A model generated the notes under the pieces. It was given only the letters and a program-made list of their open reading frames with translations. It did not search any database and had not been told where the DNA came from. Made by a program: the position numbers and the translations under genes. DNA of 63,889 nucleotides, counting the filler, from Reticulomyxa filosa (lineage: Eukaryota > Protista > Foraminifera), in assembly GCA_000512085.1 (NCBI GenBank). It is 16 parts of 16 records of this genome, joined end to end, with 100 filler letters (N's around TTAATTAATTAA, not from the genome) between each part and the next. Parts side by side here need not be neighbours in the genome. Positions count along the whole stretch, not along the records: positions 62,810 to 63,889 come from ASPP01009310.1; 15 more parts are not named here. One strand, 5' to 3'. Every line of letters begins with the position of its first letter. Within the stretch, counting starts at the first letter, position 1. Of the stretch, positions 63,562 to 63,889 are shown piece after piece.

Positions 63562-63889
63562 CTATAATAGCGACAGCAGGTTTTCCGGCGGCCGGCCGAT
63601 GGCTGCCTTGGCGTCGGTCACGGCCAGTGGTCGTTCGATCAGCTTGGGGTGGGCCAGCATGGCCTGGATCAGGTGCTTGTCTTCCAGCGTCACGTCGTCC
63701 AGGTGCAGGGCTGTGTATTCTTCTTCCTTCTTGCGCATCATGCTGCGCGGGTCACCGCCCAGCAAGGCGATGATGGCGGCCAACTCGTCGGCAGTGGGCG
63801 GGGTTTTCAGGTACTCGATCACGTCCAGCTCGGCGCCGTGCTGTTGCAACAGCTGCAGACCTTCGCGGGATTTCGAGCAGCGCGGGTTG
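63562..63889 (-). CDS. arsC: Arsenate reductase (glutaredoxin), ArsC family (start lies beyond the window end)
   Basis: NPRCSKSREGLQLL...IEYLKTPP...HPKLIERP...AAIGRPPE. Confidence 0.92.
   Translation of the reverse strand, partial: NPRCSKSREGLQLLQQHGAELDVIEYLKTPPTADELAAIIALLGGDPRSMMRKKEEEYTALHLDDVTLEDKHLIQAMLAHPKLIERPLAVTDAKAAIGRPPENLLSLL

Overview
This window is not one contiguous locus. It is 16 short assembly contigs joined by an artificial 100-bp spacer (44 N + TTAATTAATTAA + 44 N). Contigs 1-15 are AT-rich eukaryotic DNA with short GT-AG introns full of poly-A/poly-T and (TA)n tracts, poly-Asn/Gln/Ser coding runs and homopolymer frameshift errors. This style suggests a rhizarian/foraminiferan protist such as Reticulomyxa (my inference, not verified). 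Recognisable genes: an RPEL-repeat protein, a monoglyceride lipase-like hydrolase, ZMYND10, a zf-4CXXC_R1 zinc-finger protein, a SETD3/LSMT-type SET protein, a RAB3GAP2-N + SPRY protein, CLPTM1, a kinase tail, Pumilio, a 7TM protein, IFT46, an MKS1-type B9 protein, an ABCA transporter, a CAP-Gly protein, an RGS protein and a TPR protein. There are also decayed LINE retroelement pieces and a 12-kb patchwork of gene fragments. The last contig is GC-rich bacterial DNA (PBP1A 3' end, terminator, arsC). Most interesting: (i) a TGACGT motif about 40-60 nt upstream of all three ciliary genes, including a head-to-head IFT46/MKS1 pair; (ii) an RPEL array built from 117-nt one-repeat exons; (iii) a CDCA7-type zinc finger hidden across three exons; (iv) a RAB3GAP2-SPRY fusion that needs a GC-AG intron. 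All family assignments come from motif recognition by eye; no searches were run.
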